A DNA stretch of 64,000 nucleotides from an uncultured Caulobacterales bacterium (GCA_964535605.1 CAZHUI010000008.1:312-64311), one strand, 5' to 3'; shown: positions 41,856 through 51,868, counted from the first letter of the stretch. Notes: a model not told the origin generated them from the letters alone. Numbers and translations: made by a program.

Positions 41856-42928
41856 GCCATAATCACGCGCACCACGACAAAACGCGGCCTGCGCCGAAGC
41901 GCGCCGGCGTTCGCCGCGAAGAGAAATCAATAAACCTTGCGCTCCAGGGCGGCGGCGCCCATGGCGCCTTCGGATGGGGCGTTCTCGACCGGCTGCTGGA
42001 GGAAGAGCAGCTCTCGATTGACGGCGTCAGCGCCACCAGCGCGGGCGCGATGAACGCAGCCGTGCTCGCTGACGGCCTCGCCGCCGGCGGGCGCGATGGC
42101 GCCAAAGCGTCGCTCGCGAAATTCTGGCGAAAAGTCGCCAATTCGGCGATATTCAGCCCCTTGCAGCCGACGCCCCTTGATCGGCTGTTTCACAACCATT
42201 CGATGGAAATGTCGCCTGTTTTCATGATGTTCGACATCATGACGCGGCTTTATTCTCCCTACGAACTCAATCCGCTTAACCACAATCCCTTGCGCAAGAC
42301 GCTGACGGACTCCGTCGATTTTGAAAGGCTCTCGCGCGAGAGTCCGGTCAAGCTGTTCCTGTCGGCGACGAACGTCAGAACCGGCAAGGTGCGTGTTTTC
42401 CAAAACGCCGAGATTACCGCCGATGCAGTGCTCGCGTCGGCCTGCCTGCCCTTCATGTTTCAATCCGTCGAAATCGACGGAGAGCCCTATTGGGACGGCG
42501 GCTATATGGGCAATCCGGCGCTCTTCCCGCTCATCTACGATTGCGACAGCCGGGACATCGTGATCGTCCATATCAATCCCATTCTGCGCGCGGAGACGCC
42601 GAAAACGGCGCGCGACATTCTCAATCGCATTAACGAGATCAGCTTCAATTCCTCGCTGATGCGCGAGATGCGGGCGATTAGCTTTGTAACGCGGCTCATT
42701 GATGACGGCGCAATCGCCGACAAACGGATGAAGCGCATGCTGATTCACTCGATTGAAGACGAGGATTTCATGCGAAAGCTTGGCGTTTCAAGCAAGCTCA
42801 ATCCCGACTGGGAGTTTCTCACCCATCTTCGCGATGTCGGACGTGCGAGCGCTGAAGAATGGCTGGACAGGCATTATGAGGATCTCGGCGACAAATCCAC
42901 CGTCGACATTGCGGACCGCTATCTCTGA
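41852..42928 (+). CDS. Patatin-like phospholipase/esterase
   Basis: LQGGGAHGAF, ATSAGA nucleophile elbow, WDGGY; ATGA overlap with bdhA. Confidence 0.9.
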   Translation: MSHNHAHHDKTRPAPKRAGVRREEKSINLALQGGGAHGAFGWGVLDRLLEEEQLSIDGVSATSAGAMNAAVLADGLAAGGRDGAKASLAKFWRKVANSAIFSPLQPTPLDRLFHNHSMEMSPVFMMFDIMTRLYSPYELNPLNHNPLRKTLTDSVDFERLSRESPVKLFLSATNVRTGKVRVFQNAEITADAVLASACLPFMFQSVEIDGEPYWDGGYMGNPALFPLIYDCDSRDIVIVHINPILRAETPKTARDILNRINEISFNSSLMREMRAISFVTRLIDDGAIADKRMKRMLIHSIEDEDFMRKLGVSSKLNPDWEFLTHLRDVGRASAEEWLDRHYEDLGDKSTVDIADRYL

Positions 42929-44255
42929 GGTCCTGCGCGCGCTGCGGGGACTGGTCGCGCGCGCAGAGCCCGCCCCGGCGCGTATTCGCGCCGCGGTTGA
43001 ACGCTATGAGGCGGGCAGCGACCGCATCGCGGCCTCGACTCAGCTTGGCGGCGTTTCGTTGTTCGCCGCGCTTTACGCCGCGACCTATTCAAGTTTTGAC
43101 GTTCATCACGCGATCGAGCCGGCGCCGGTCGCGCTCGCTCTTTACGGCGCGTACACGCTGCGGCGGCGATTTGCGCCGCGGTTGCAGTCGCCGGCCGCGC
43201 GGCGGCCTTACCTCTCGGCCACCATAGATGTCGCGACGCTTTATGCGTTGATCGCGTCCTTCCCCTTTCAATACGGATCGCCGGCTGCGCTCTATCTGAA
43301 GGGCCCCACTCTTTCCTACGTCTTCGTGCTGATCAGCTTGCGGACTTTATGGTTCGACCCTCGCCTGACGCTCTATACCGGCGCGATCGCCGCCGCCGGC
43401 TGGGGCGCGCTAACGCTTGCAGCCGCTCTCGACGGCGCGCCGCTGACGGCGGATTACCGGGTCTACATGACGTCGCTGTCTGTCCTTCCCGGAGCCGAGC
43501 TAGAGCGAATTGCAGCGATCCTGTTGACGACGATGGTGCTCGCCGTCGCGGTCTATAGGGCCCGGGCGCTGCTCTACCGGACAGCGACCGAGGAAACGGC
43601 GGCGGCGGACTTGTCGAAGTTCGTTGGAAGAGACGCGGCGGCGCGGATCCGGGCGTCCCGCGACGGCCTGCGGGCCGGCGACGGCGAATTGCGGCACGCC
43701 GCGATCATGATGATCGACCTGCGCGGATTCACGCCGGCCACACGAGGATTGCCGCCGACCGAAGTCATCGCCATGCTCAATGACTATCAGTCGCGCATGC
43801 TGCCGGTGATCGAGCGCTGCGGCGGCAGCGTCGACAAGTTTCTCGGAGACGGCATTCTGGTCAGCTTTGGCGCCGCGCGTGAAACCGGCGTCGAATGCGC
43901 GGAGGCCGTTGGCGCCGCGCTCGCGATCGCCGACGAGGCCGATCGCTGGAAAGGCGAACGGGTGCGCGCGGGACTATTGGCGCTCGACATCGGCGTGTCG
44001 ATCGCTTTCGGTGCGATCACCTTTGGCGCCGTCGGATTTGGCGACCGCCTCGAATTCACGGTCATCGGCGACGCGGTCAATCTCGCGGCCAAACTCGAAA
44101 AACACGCCAAGGCGGAGCGCTGCCGAATTATCGCCACCGCCGAAGTCCTCGACCGCGCGGCGGCTCAAGGTTTTCCTCAACGCGCAAAGCGGTTGGCGCC
44201 AGGAGCGGTTGTCGAAGGCGCGCCGGAGCCGGTCGATCTCGTCATCATCGACTAG
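42909..44255 (+). CDS. Membrane-bound class III adenylate/guanylate cyclase
   Basis: Multiple TM helices then IDLRGFT, DKFLGDG, FTVIGDAVNLAAKLE. Start uncertain (TTG 42909 chosen). Confidence 0.85.
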   Translation: MRTAISEVLRALRGLVARAEPAPARIRAAVERYEAGSDRIAASTQLGGVSLFAALYAATYSSFDVHHAIEPAPVALALYGAYTLRRRFAPRLQSPAARRPYLSATIDVATLYALIASFPFQYGSPAALYLKGPTLSYVFVLISLRTLWFDPRLTLYTGAIAAAGWGALTLAAALDGAPLTADYRVYMTSLSVLPGAELERIAAILLTTMVLAVAVYRARALLYRTATEETAAADLSKFVGRDAAARIRASRDGLRAGDGELRHAAIMMIDLRGFTPATRGLPPTEVIAMLNDYQSRMLPVIERCGGSVDKFLGDGILVSFGAARETGVECAEAVGAALAIADEADRWKGERVRAGLLALDIGVSIAFGAITFGAVGFGDRLEFTVIGDAVNLAAKLEKHAKAERCRIIATAEVLDRAAAQGFPQRAKRLAPGAVVEGAPEPVDLVIID

Positions 44256-44341
44256 ATCCGCTCATGACAATCATGCGGAAAGCGCATTTTCGCAGACGCG
44301 TGCTCTCCGATATGTCTCCGCCGCACGCTGTGGAGTCGCCG

Positions 44342-44860
44342 ATGATGAATCGTTCCGTAACGCCGAAAGCGCCGTCTTCCCGGTCGGCCGATTGGGCGGC
44401 GCATGCTCTCACGCTCTTTATCGCCGCCGTCTTCCTTGACTCGCTTCGCTTCAAATTCACGAATGCGCCGAAGACCCAGATCATCTTTGGCGACCTCGAC
44501 CGCTGGGCGAGCGGCCTCGGCGCGCCAGGTTTGTTCGCCCAGGGCGGTCTCTTTAGCCAATATGTCATCGGCGCCGCCGAGCTGGCCGCTGCCGCCATTC
44601 TCGTCGGCACAATGCTCGCGAAGTCGCACCGGTTTTTGCAGCCTGCCGGCGCCTTGCTTTCCGTGGCGATCATGTCGGGCGCGATCAGCTTTCATCTTTT
44701 TACGCCGCTCGGCGTCAATGTCGACAATGACGGCGGCGCGCTTTTTTACACGGCCTGTGCGGTCTGGGCGGCCGCAATCATTCTTCTTTTTATCCGGCGT
44801 CGGGAGTCTGTCGTTCTTCTGAAGCGGCTTCACGCGCTGTTTGCGCCGTCGACAGGTTGA
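44342..44860 (+). CDS. DoxX-like small membrane protein
   Basis: GGAG RBS then ATG 44342; LRFKFTNAP..Q.IF, IG.AEL, GAISFHLFTPLG motifs. Confidence 0.7.
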   Translation: MMNRSVTPKAPSSRSADWAAHALTLFIAAVFLDSLRFKFTNAPKTQIIFGDLDRWASGLGAPGLFAQGGLFSQYVIGAAELAAAAILVGTMLAKSHRFLQPAGALLSVAIMSGAISFHLFTPLGVNVDNDGGALFYTACAVWAAAIILLFIRRRESVVLLKRLHALFAPSTG

Positions 44861-44869
44861 GCAATCAGT

Positions 44870-46060
44870 TCAAGGCTCGGCCGTCGTAGCCTTGAGCAGA
44901 AAAGCAAGAGCCGCGGCAGCGACGAGCGACAAACCAATGACGCCGACCGCCGCGGGCCAGCCCGCTCTCTCAAAGACGAGCCCGACCACAGCCGCGCCCG
45001 CAAGTCCTCCAAGATAGTAGGAGGAAAGATATAGCCCGCTCGCTGCGGCCCGGTCGCGACTGGCCGCGCGCGCCACAAACCCTGTCGCCGTCGCCTGTGC
45101 GAAGAAAGTTCCCGCGCCTACGATGGACAGGCCGATGAGCACCGCCGGCAAGGACGGGACGAGGAGCAGCGGAAGCGCGAGAACAGATAGGCCGAGTGAT
45201 AGGAGAAAGCTGCGGCGCGCGCCGATCCGGGTGGCGACGGCGCCGGCGAGCGGCGTCGTCAGCATGGCCGGCGCAAAGACGAAATAGACAAGCCCGAGCG
45301 CCATCGACGACAATTCGATCGGAGGCGCTGCGAGGATGAAGTTCACATAGGTGAAGACGCCGATAAACGCGAACAGGATCAAAAAGCCGATCAGGAAACT
45401 GGTGCGCAGGCAAGCGTTGGAAAGGTGACTGCGAATGGTCTTGAGCGGCGGCCATTTCGCCTCGGCGGCCGATCCGATCGGGCGCTCCGCTCGCAAGACG
45501 CCATAAGCGAGCACTGCGCCCGCCAGGTTGAGCGCTGAAAACAGAATGAACGCCGCCGGCACGCCGAATTCGCCGGTCACCGATCCGGCGACAAGGCGCC
45601 CGACAAGATTGCTGGCGACCACGCCGGTGACATAGGCCGCCAGCACGACTGACGACTGCGCCGCGGTGCAACGTTCCGCAAGGTAGGACATGGTGAGCGA
45701 AAACGCCGCCGCCATGAAAACGCCCTGCAGAACTCGAAGCGCCATAAACGTAGGCAGTTCAGCCACCGCTGAAAGCGCATAGGTCGGCAAGGCGAGCAGC
45801 ACCAGGCTTGCGACAACGCCTGTTCGACGGTCGATTCCGCCGCCGAAGAGCGCGACGAGAAGGGCCGCAAGCGACATGCCGATTGTGCTGGCGTTGACTG
45901 CAAAGCCTATTTCGGCCGGTGCGGCGTCAAATCTCTCAGCAAGCGAGGGCAAAATCGCCTGCGCAGCGAAAAGGTCGATGAGCGTCAGAAAGCCGATCAC
46001 GCCGATCGCGACCGTCGCGCCCGCAGGTGTTCGACGCGCAGCGGCGGCGGAATTTGACAT
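44870..46060 (-). CDS. MFS transporter (YnfM-like)
   Basis: About 12 TM segments, RVLQG, YLAE, GRL and SGLYLSSYYLGG motifs; GGAGAACAGG RBS. Confidence 0.9.
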   Translation of the reverse strand: MSNSAAAARRTPAGATVAIGVIGFLTLIDLFAAQAILPSLAERFDAAPAEIGFAVNASTIGMSLAALLVALFGGGIDRRTGVVASLVLLALPTYALSAVAELPTFMALRVLQGVFMAAAFSLTMSYLAERCTAAQSSVVLAAYVTGVVASNLVGRLVAGSVTGEFGVPAAFILFSALNLAGAVLAYGVLRAERPIGSAAEAKWPPLKTIRSHLSNACLRTSFLIGFLILFAFIGVFTYVNFILAAPPIELSSMALGLVYFVFAPAMLTTPLAGAVATRIGARRSFLLSLGLSVLALPLLLVPSLPAVLIGLSIVGAGTFFAQATATGFVARAASRDRAAASGLYLSSYYLGGLAGAAVVGLVFERAGWPAAVGVIGLSLVAAAALAFLLKATTAEP

Positions 46061-46184
46061 CCTGTTCTCCACGCTATGGCGATGGACGCAAACGCCGGCC
46101 TTGGAGAGTGGGCCGGCGCCGGCGTCCATCTGGCGGCCCGAGGGGTCTCAGGCCGTTTGGGGTTTGACAGACCGGGCTCGCCGC

Positions 46185-46649
46185 TTAGTCGCCGTGCTTT
46201 ACATCCGCGGCATAGAGAACGGCAGGCTCCGTCCCTTCGTTCTTCCACCAGTGCATGACGCCTTTTACCTCTTTCGAGATGTCGCCCGCGACATGAGTGA
46301 CGCCGACGGAGCAGTCGCTGCGGAACTCGGTGATCTGGCCGGCGGCTGTGAGGATCAGCGCAGGCCGATCGGTGTGATCGTGCCAGGGAACAACGCCGCC
46401 GGGCTGCACGACGAGTTTACGGAAACGGAGCCGGCGATCCTCCACGCCCATGATTTCCTTGCTGAGGTCGATCGACGACAGCTCCTCGTCGGTCACGTCC
46501 CTCGGCGACATCTCGCCGGTCTTGCGAACCCCGACCTCATACTTCCCGGCGGGGCATTCGCCGGCCAGCGCCGCCGACGCGGCCAGCATCGCGCCAAGGC
46601 CTACCGTTGCCCCGACCGTAATCCTCGCCAAAGCGTTTAACGTCTTCAT
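46185..46649 (-). CDS. Exported cupin-domain protein
   Basis: Signal peptide; PGGVVPWHDH...E...HWW cupin motif. Confidence 0.85.
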   Translation of the reverse strand: MKTLNALARITVGATVGLGAMLAASAALAGECPAGKYEVGVRKTGEMSPRDVTDEELSSIDLSKEIMGVEDRRLRFRKLVVQPGGVVPWHDHTDRPALILTAAGQITEFRSDCSVGVTHVAGDISKEVKGVMHWWKNEGTEPAVLYAADVKHGD

Positions 46650-46681
46650 CTGTCTCTCCGTTCTTTACCGCCGCGACAAAG

Positions 46682-46696
46682 ATGCCGCCGACGCAT
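46682..46696. promoter_or_regulatory. Candidate LysR-type operator (ATGC-N7-GCAT)
   Basis: T-N11-A dyad between the divergent cupin and peroxiredoxin-like genes, with a LysR gene in the same cluster. Confidence 0.4.
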
Positions 46697-46866
46697 TGAT
46701 GGCGCCTCCTTATCGCCGCCTTATCGCGAACTGAATTTGAGAAAAGTCATCGCTTTAATGCCGCCCGCGCATTGGCGAGAGCGTAGCTTCTCTCGCATGG
46801 TGGAGAAGGCTCGCCCAGCGAGCGACGTAATGGTAGCATTGTCGGGCGCGGCGGCTGGAATAGACG

Positions 46867-47577
46867 ATGTCACAGGCTTCGGAATTGTCGGAGGCGCTCA
46901 GGCAAGCGACAGAGCGCGCGATCGCGCTGAAGGCGCCATTGCGCGACAGGCTCAGGCTCATCGCGGACGAAGTGCGGCGTTTGAGCGGGGACTTCGCCGG
47001 CGCTGTCGACCAATTTGTCGGGCGACTTCAACAAGCCGAAGCCGGCGCCGGCGCGCCGAACATCGGCGATCTCTTCCCCAATTTCCTGTTGCCGGATCAG
47101 GACGGAAAGTTGATCTATCTCGACCAGCTGCGCGACAACGGCCCCGCCGTGATCGCGTTTATGCGGGGCCATTGGTGCCCTTATTGCAAAACGACCGCCG
47201 CAGCGCTTGGCGAAATTGCCGAGGCCGCCGCCGCCAAGAATGCGAGAATTGCCGCCATCACGCCGGAGAGCCGCAAATTCTCGAGCGAGCTCGCAGCGGA
47301 CTCCGGCCGCCGCTTCCCTATATTGACTGATGTCGACAATGGGCTCGCGCTCACGCTCAATCTCGCGATCTGGATTGACGACGACATGGCGCGCCTGATC
47401 GCCGGCGCCGGCTGGGATGTTCCCTCCTATCAGACAGGAAAAAGCTGGGTTCTGCCGATACCGGCGACTTTTGTTCTCGACCAAGGCGGCCGCGTGGCGG
47501 CGCGTTATGTCAACCCCGACTACCGGACGCGCATGGATGTCGAAGACATTTTGAAGGCGCTGGACGCGCTTGGCTAG
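46867..47577 (+). CDS. Peroxiredoxin-like (AhpC/TSA) protein
   Basis: PNFLLPDQDG, RGHWCPYC, ILTD.DN, PATFVLD motifs. Confidence 0.88.
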   Translation: MSQASELSEALRQATERAIALKAPLRDRLRLIADEVRRLSGDFAGAVDQFVGRLQQAEAGAGAPNIGDLFPNFLLPDQDGKLIYLDQLRDNGPAVIAFMRGHWCPYCKTTAAALGEIAEAAAAKNARIAAITPESRKFSSELAADSGRRFPILTDVDNGLALTLNLAIWIDDDMARLIAGAGWDVPSYQTGKSWVLPIPATFVLDQGGRVAARYVNPDYRTRMDVEDILKALDALG

Positions 47578-47675
47578 GGCGCGCGGCCAAAGCGTGGGGT
47601 CCCGCTTTTATTGAGAAGCGGCCTGCTGGCAATCGATGGGACCGAACGGGGTTCCGCGCTGTTTGGCCGATCGGT

Positions 47676-48560
47676 TCAAGCGGCGACGGAGAAGTCATTG
47701 GCGCGGAGCAGATTCAACAGCGCAGCGGCCGGCGCGCTGCGCTGACGCCCCGCGACAGCATAAGCGTGGACCGTTCGGGTCAGGGTAAGGCCTACAAGCT
47801 TCGCCCGCTTCAAGGAAGGCGGATGAGGCGCGCTTTCAGGGACGATGGCGACGCCGGAACTCGCATGCAGAAGACCGGCAAGGTCATGGTGACTGTCGAA
47901 CTCATGCGTCGCCGATAACGCCGCCCCCCGTTCATCGAACCACTGCGCGACCGCCGGCCTGTCCTCGCACCCAGTCTGTTTGAAAAGCGCCTGTCCGTTA
48001 AGGTCGGAAATTTCGACGGCGTTCATGCGCGCAAGCGGATGCTCGCCGTGCATTTCAATTTCAAATCCTTCGCTGAAAAGCGGCCAGCGGTCGAGACGGT
48101 CCCAACCGTCCTCGACGGCGCTTGCGATGGCGAGATCGCCCCTGCCCTCCTTCAAGGCGCGCAAAATGTCGGCGCCGGCGCCGTGGAAGAGACGGAGCTG
48201 GAGCCCGGGAAAACTCCGAAAAATCTCCGAAATCGGCGCCATGAACTTTTCGAGGTTCACCGAATGCGACATGGCGATCGAAATCGGCGCGACTTCGTTC
48301 TTCGTGACCGCCCGCGCAAGATCGCGCGCCGACATCGCGCTTTCATAGCAGCGCCGCATCAACGGAAGCATGCGCTCGCCAAGTTCGGTCAGGTGTGAAA
48401 GGCGCCCCTCGCGGCGGATGAGATCGCCGCCGAGTTCCCCCTCCAGGGACTGGATCGCGCGCGTCAGCGCGGGCTGCGAGACGTTGCACTCTTCCGCGGC
48501 CCGCGTGAAATTCAGCGTCTGCGCCAGCGCAATAAAATATCTGATCTGCTGCATTTCCAT
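47676..48560 (-). CDS. LysR-family transcriptional regulator
   Basis: LNFTRAAEECNVSQPALTRAIQSLEGELGG HTH; substrate-binding domain. Confidence 0.96.
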   Translation of the reverse strand: MEMQQIRYFIALAQTLNFTRAAEECNVSQPALTRAIQSLEGELGGDLIRREGRLSHLTELGERMLPLMRRCYESAMSARDLARAVTKNEVAPISIAMSHSVNLEKFMAPISEIFRSFPGLQLRLFHGAGADILRALKEGRGDLAIASAVEDGWDRLDRWPLFSEGFEIEMHGEHPLARMNAVEISDLNGQALFKQTGCEDRPAVAQWFDERGAALSATHEFDSHHDLAGLLHASSGVAIVPESAPHPPSLKRAKLVGLTLTRTVHAYAVAGRQRSAPAAALLNLLRANDFSVAA

Positions 48561-48871
48561 GGCGGGCGCCCCGATTTACCTTTAGCCAAGGCAATCCCGG
48601 ACCTTAGCGCGGTTTGCTTCAACACGACAGGCCGGCTGCCGCCTTGCGATGCAATCTGAGGCCGAAAAGGCGTAGGCGACTTAAGAAGCCGAAAGTGCAT
48701 CGCAAGGATTGCTGCCAGGCGTTTTGGAGAAGGGAACCGGCCGGCCCTATGCTCGCCGTTTCGCGTCCATTTTTCGCCCCGGCGCCCGTGACGATCATTA
48801 CACCCGGAAGCCGCCGCCGTATTTCAAAAGACGTCCTCGCCAACGCTGGACTAGGTCTGAATCGGCGGCTC

Positions 48872-48886
48872 TTAACATTTTGTTAG
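48872..48886. promoter_or_regulatory. Near-consensus CtrA box (TTAA-N7-TTAG)
   Basis: TTAA CATTTTG TTAG, one mismatch to TTAA-N7-TTAA, 54 bp upstream of the kinase ATG. Confidence 0.45.
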
Positions 48887-48939
48887 CCAATTCGGACATC
48901 TCTTTCATGGTGTTCTCAATCACTTCCCGCTTTCCAGCC

Positions 48940-51093
48940 ATGGACGGCTTCCGAAACGACGCTGAGACGAAGGCGACGCTTGAGCACGAAGAAATTCTGC
49001 GCGCGCGCGTCCTTGACGTCGGCGCTGCGGCGGCGGTGATCCTCACCCTCGCCCACGCCTTGTTGACTCAAATCGAAGTGTCAGGCTGGACCGACTCCCG
49101 GCTCGCCGGCGTTGCGGCCGCGCTTTTCTTTGCGCTCTGCCCGGTTATGCGTCGACTGACCGGCGGCGTGGCGTTGGCGGGATCTGTCTTTTTAACGACG
49201 CTGTTGGCGGCGTCGGCTTTTGCAGCGTTACGCAACGGAGGACTAACCGCGCCAACGACGGCGTTCATTATTCTTGCGCCGGCTATGGCCGGGCTGATGC
49301 TCGGCGGAAGAGCCGCGATCGTCACCGGATTGGCGAGCCTCGGCGTCCTCGCCCTTTTAGTGAACGCAAAGGAGATCGGCCTCGCGCGCTCGTCGCCGCA
49401 CACCTTAGCAGAACTTGAAGTGCTTCGGCTTTCGGCCATCGCGATCTCGGTCATAACCGCGACCGTCGTCGTAACTGCTTTTCAACTCGTTCTGCGCCGA
49501 ACCATCCTCGCCCTGAGCGTCGTAAACGCAGAGCTTACCGCATCAGAGAGCGGCATAAAGCGCAAAGCCGAAGAACTCGATCTGATCTTTAACAACGTGC
49601 CGGTGCACTTGTATTTCAAAGACGACCAGAACCGGATTCTCCGTGCGAACAAGACGGCTGCGTCCGGCGCGGGATGCCCGGTCGAAGCCCTCGTCGGCGC
49701 GCCGACTGAGGCTATATTTCCAGAATTGGCGGCGAAATATTTCGCGGATGATCTCGCCGTGATTGAGAGCGGCGCGCCGCGGCTCGGCATAATCGAGGAG
49801 CTTGCGCCGGCGAGCGGTCGGCGCGGCTGGGTGAGAACCGACAAGGTCCCTTATGTCGATCCTTCGACCGGCAAGCGATACGTGTTCGTGGCCGCGATCG
49901 ACATCACGGAGCAGCGGTTGGCGGAGCTCGCCCTCGCCGAAAGCGAGCAACGCTTCGCGCTCGCAGCGCAAGGGTCAGGTGCGGGCATCTGGGACTGGGT
50001 CGATGTCGCGGGCGACCGACATTTCTGGGCGGGGCGTTTCTTCGCGCTGCTCGGATACGCGCCCGACGAGATTGCGCCCTCGGCGACCGCGCTCCGCGCG
50101 CTTCTGCATCCGGCGGACAAAGCCGATTTCGATGCGGCGATGCAGGCGCATCTTTCAGGCGCGGAGCCGTTTCAGCGCGACCTGCGCCTGCGCCACAAAA
50201 CGCTTGGCTTTCGCTGGTATCGGATGACGGGACAAGCGATCTGGAACGACAAGGGCGAAGCAAGGCGCATGATCGGATCGATCATCGAGATCAATGCGGA
50301 AAAATGCGCCGAGGAGGCGTTAGTTGCGCGACAGCGCGCGCTTGAGCGTTCAATTCAAGATCTCAAAGCGTTTTCGCAAGCGGTGTCGCATGATTTGCGC
50401 TCTCCTTTGCGGGCCTTTGACCACCTCGCCGGCTGGGTCGAAGAGGAGCTTGCCGCAGGTCGCTTCGACGGCGCGAAGTCGCATCTCGTCATGATGCGCG
50501 TGCGTGTGAAACAGATGACTGAGCTGCTTGACGGCCTTCGTCTCTACGCGCTGGCGGGCGCGCGCGCGGAAATCGCCGAAACTGTGGCGAGCCGGCGTCT
50601 TGTCGAGCATTCGTTCGAGGTCTTGGCGCCTGCGTTTTTTTCGCTGAAGGTCGAGTCGGATCTGCCTGAATTCGAAACCGCCGCCGCGCCGCTTTCCCAG
50701 GTGTTTCGGAATCTGTTCGACAATGCGATCAAGCACCATGATCGTGAGGCTGGCGTCATCGCCGTGCGCCATTTCGAATCCGGGGACTTCTGGGCGTTCG
50801 AGGTCAGCGATGACGGGCCCGGCGTTCCGGCGGCGCATCACGAGCGCATCTTCGACATGTTCGAGGTCTTGCATCGACGCAATGAACATATGGGCGCCGG
50901 CGCGGGCCTTGCGATCGTAAAAAAATGCGTCGAAGCGGCGGGCGGGACCGTTGCTGTTTGGTCAGGAGCTCCGCTGGAGCGCGGGTCAACCTTTCGCTTC
51001 CTTTGGCCGAAGCGATGGCCGGAAACTGGCGGCGCTCGCGACGAGGCTGAAAACGCCGCGCTTCATCGCGCCGACGGTTCGCGCGCCGCTTGA
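48940..51093 (+). CDS. Membrane PAS-PAS sensor histidine kinase
   Basis: About five N-terminal TM helices, two PAS/PAC domains, VSHDLRSPL H-box, NLFDNAIKH, DDGPG, GAGAGL. Start uncertain (48907 or 48940). Confidence 0.92.
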   Translation: MDGFRNDAETKATLEHEEILRARVLDVGAAAAVILTLAHALLTQIEVSGWTDSRLAGVAAALFFALCPVMRRLTGGVALAGSVFLTTLLAASAFAALRNGGLTAPTTAFIILAPAMAGLMLGGRAAIVTGLASLGVLALLVNAKEIGLARSSPHTLAELEVLRLSAIAISVITATVVVTAFQLVLRRTILALSVVNAELTASESGIKRKAEELDLIFNNVPVHLYFKDDQNRILRANKTAASGAGCPVEALVGAPTEAIFPELAAKYFADDLAVIESGAPRLGIIEELAPASGRRGWVRTDKVPYVDPSTGKRYVFVAAIDITEQRLAELALAESEQRFALAAQGSGAGIWDWVDVAGDRHFWAGRFFALLGYAPDEIAPSATALRALLHPADKADFDAAMQAHLSGAEPFQRDLRLRHKTLGFRWYRMTGQAIWNDKGEARRMIGSIIEINAEKCAEEALVARQRALERSIQDLKAFSQAVSHDLRSPLRAFDHLAGWVEEELAAGRFDGAKSHLVMMRVRVKQMTELLDGLRLYALAGARAEIAETVASRRLVEHSFEVLAPAFFSLKVESDLPEFETAAAPLSQVFRNLFDNAIKHHDREAGVIAVRHFESGDFWAFEVSDDGPGVPAAHHERIFDMFEVLHRRNEHMGAGAGLAIVKKCVEAAGGTVAVWSGAPLERGSTFRFLWPKRWPETGGARDEAENAALHRADGSRAA

Positions 51094-51298
51094 TGCCCAA
51101 GCGAGAACGCGCGGCCGCGAGCTGACGGCCCCTATTCGGCTCAATGCCTTATCGTTGGTCGCGCTTTTCCTCGCAGGCGGGCGACGGTCGATCGCGCCAC
51201 CAGAGCGTGTCGGGCGCTGTCGCATCTCACGCGGGTTGACGACGGCGTCAGGCGCGGTTCGAGGTGAAGGTCGCGTCTGGCGGCGCGACAATCTATCG

Positions 51299-51460
51299 CT
51301 ATGCGCCCACGAGAACGGCGCAGCAATTTCGCCAGACGTCATCGGCAACGCCCAGCATCGCCAAGGCCGCAACGACATGGATGGCGCAGACGAGTACTGG
51401 ATAACCAGGAGGCGTACGGCGCGCACCGTGAATAAGTTCGCGCGTGAGCATGCCGATCAT
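51299..51460 (-). CDS. Possible small hydrophobic peptide (53 aa, MIGMLT...)
   Basis: ATG 2 nt after the stop of the 51463..51657 ORF; one hydrophobic stretch; no recognisable family. Confidence 0.3.
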   Translation of the reverse strand: MIGMLTRELIHGARRTPPGYPVLVCAIHVVAALAMLGVADDVWRNCCAVLVGA

Positions 51461-51462
51461 GA

Positions 51463-51657
51463 CTAGATCGCCGACGTCGTTGTCAGGGCGACCCCATCCC
51501 AGCAAACGCGGCTATCGTCGACTAGAAGCCTGTCGAGATCGGCGCGTTCCGGACGGTCGATCGTCACCGCCGCGCAGCGGCGCTGCGCAAACGAATTTTC
51601 CGAATTGGACGTTATAATGTTTCCCATGCCGATAATGGCGGCGAACAGCGTCAGCAT
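51463..51657 (-). CDS. Small (64 aa) possibly exported peptide divergent from luxR
   Basis: Strong RBS GGGAGGG 7 nt before ATG; hydrophobic N-terminus; two Cys. Confidence 0.5.
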   Translation of the reverse strand: MLTLFAAIIGMGNIITSNSENSFAQRRCAAVTIDRPERADLDRLLVDDSRVCWDGVALTTTSAI

Positions 51658-51868
51658 TGTCGAGCCCTCCCAGCAACGTACCTTTCATAGTAGAGCCCCG
51701 CGCACGCGCGCCCATCCCCAAATGAGGAGGCGCCGCAAGGCCGAAGTGCGTCAGCGCGCCTCTTTACGTCGAGGCGCAAGCGGCGTCATGATTGCGGTCG
51801 CGATCTGTCGGGGGAGTAAAAGTCGACGTAACCTCTGTTAAGCAGCTTGCAAATAGGACCCTCTCATT

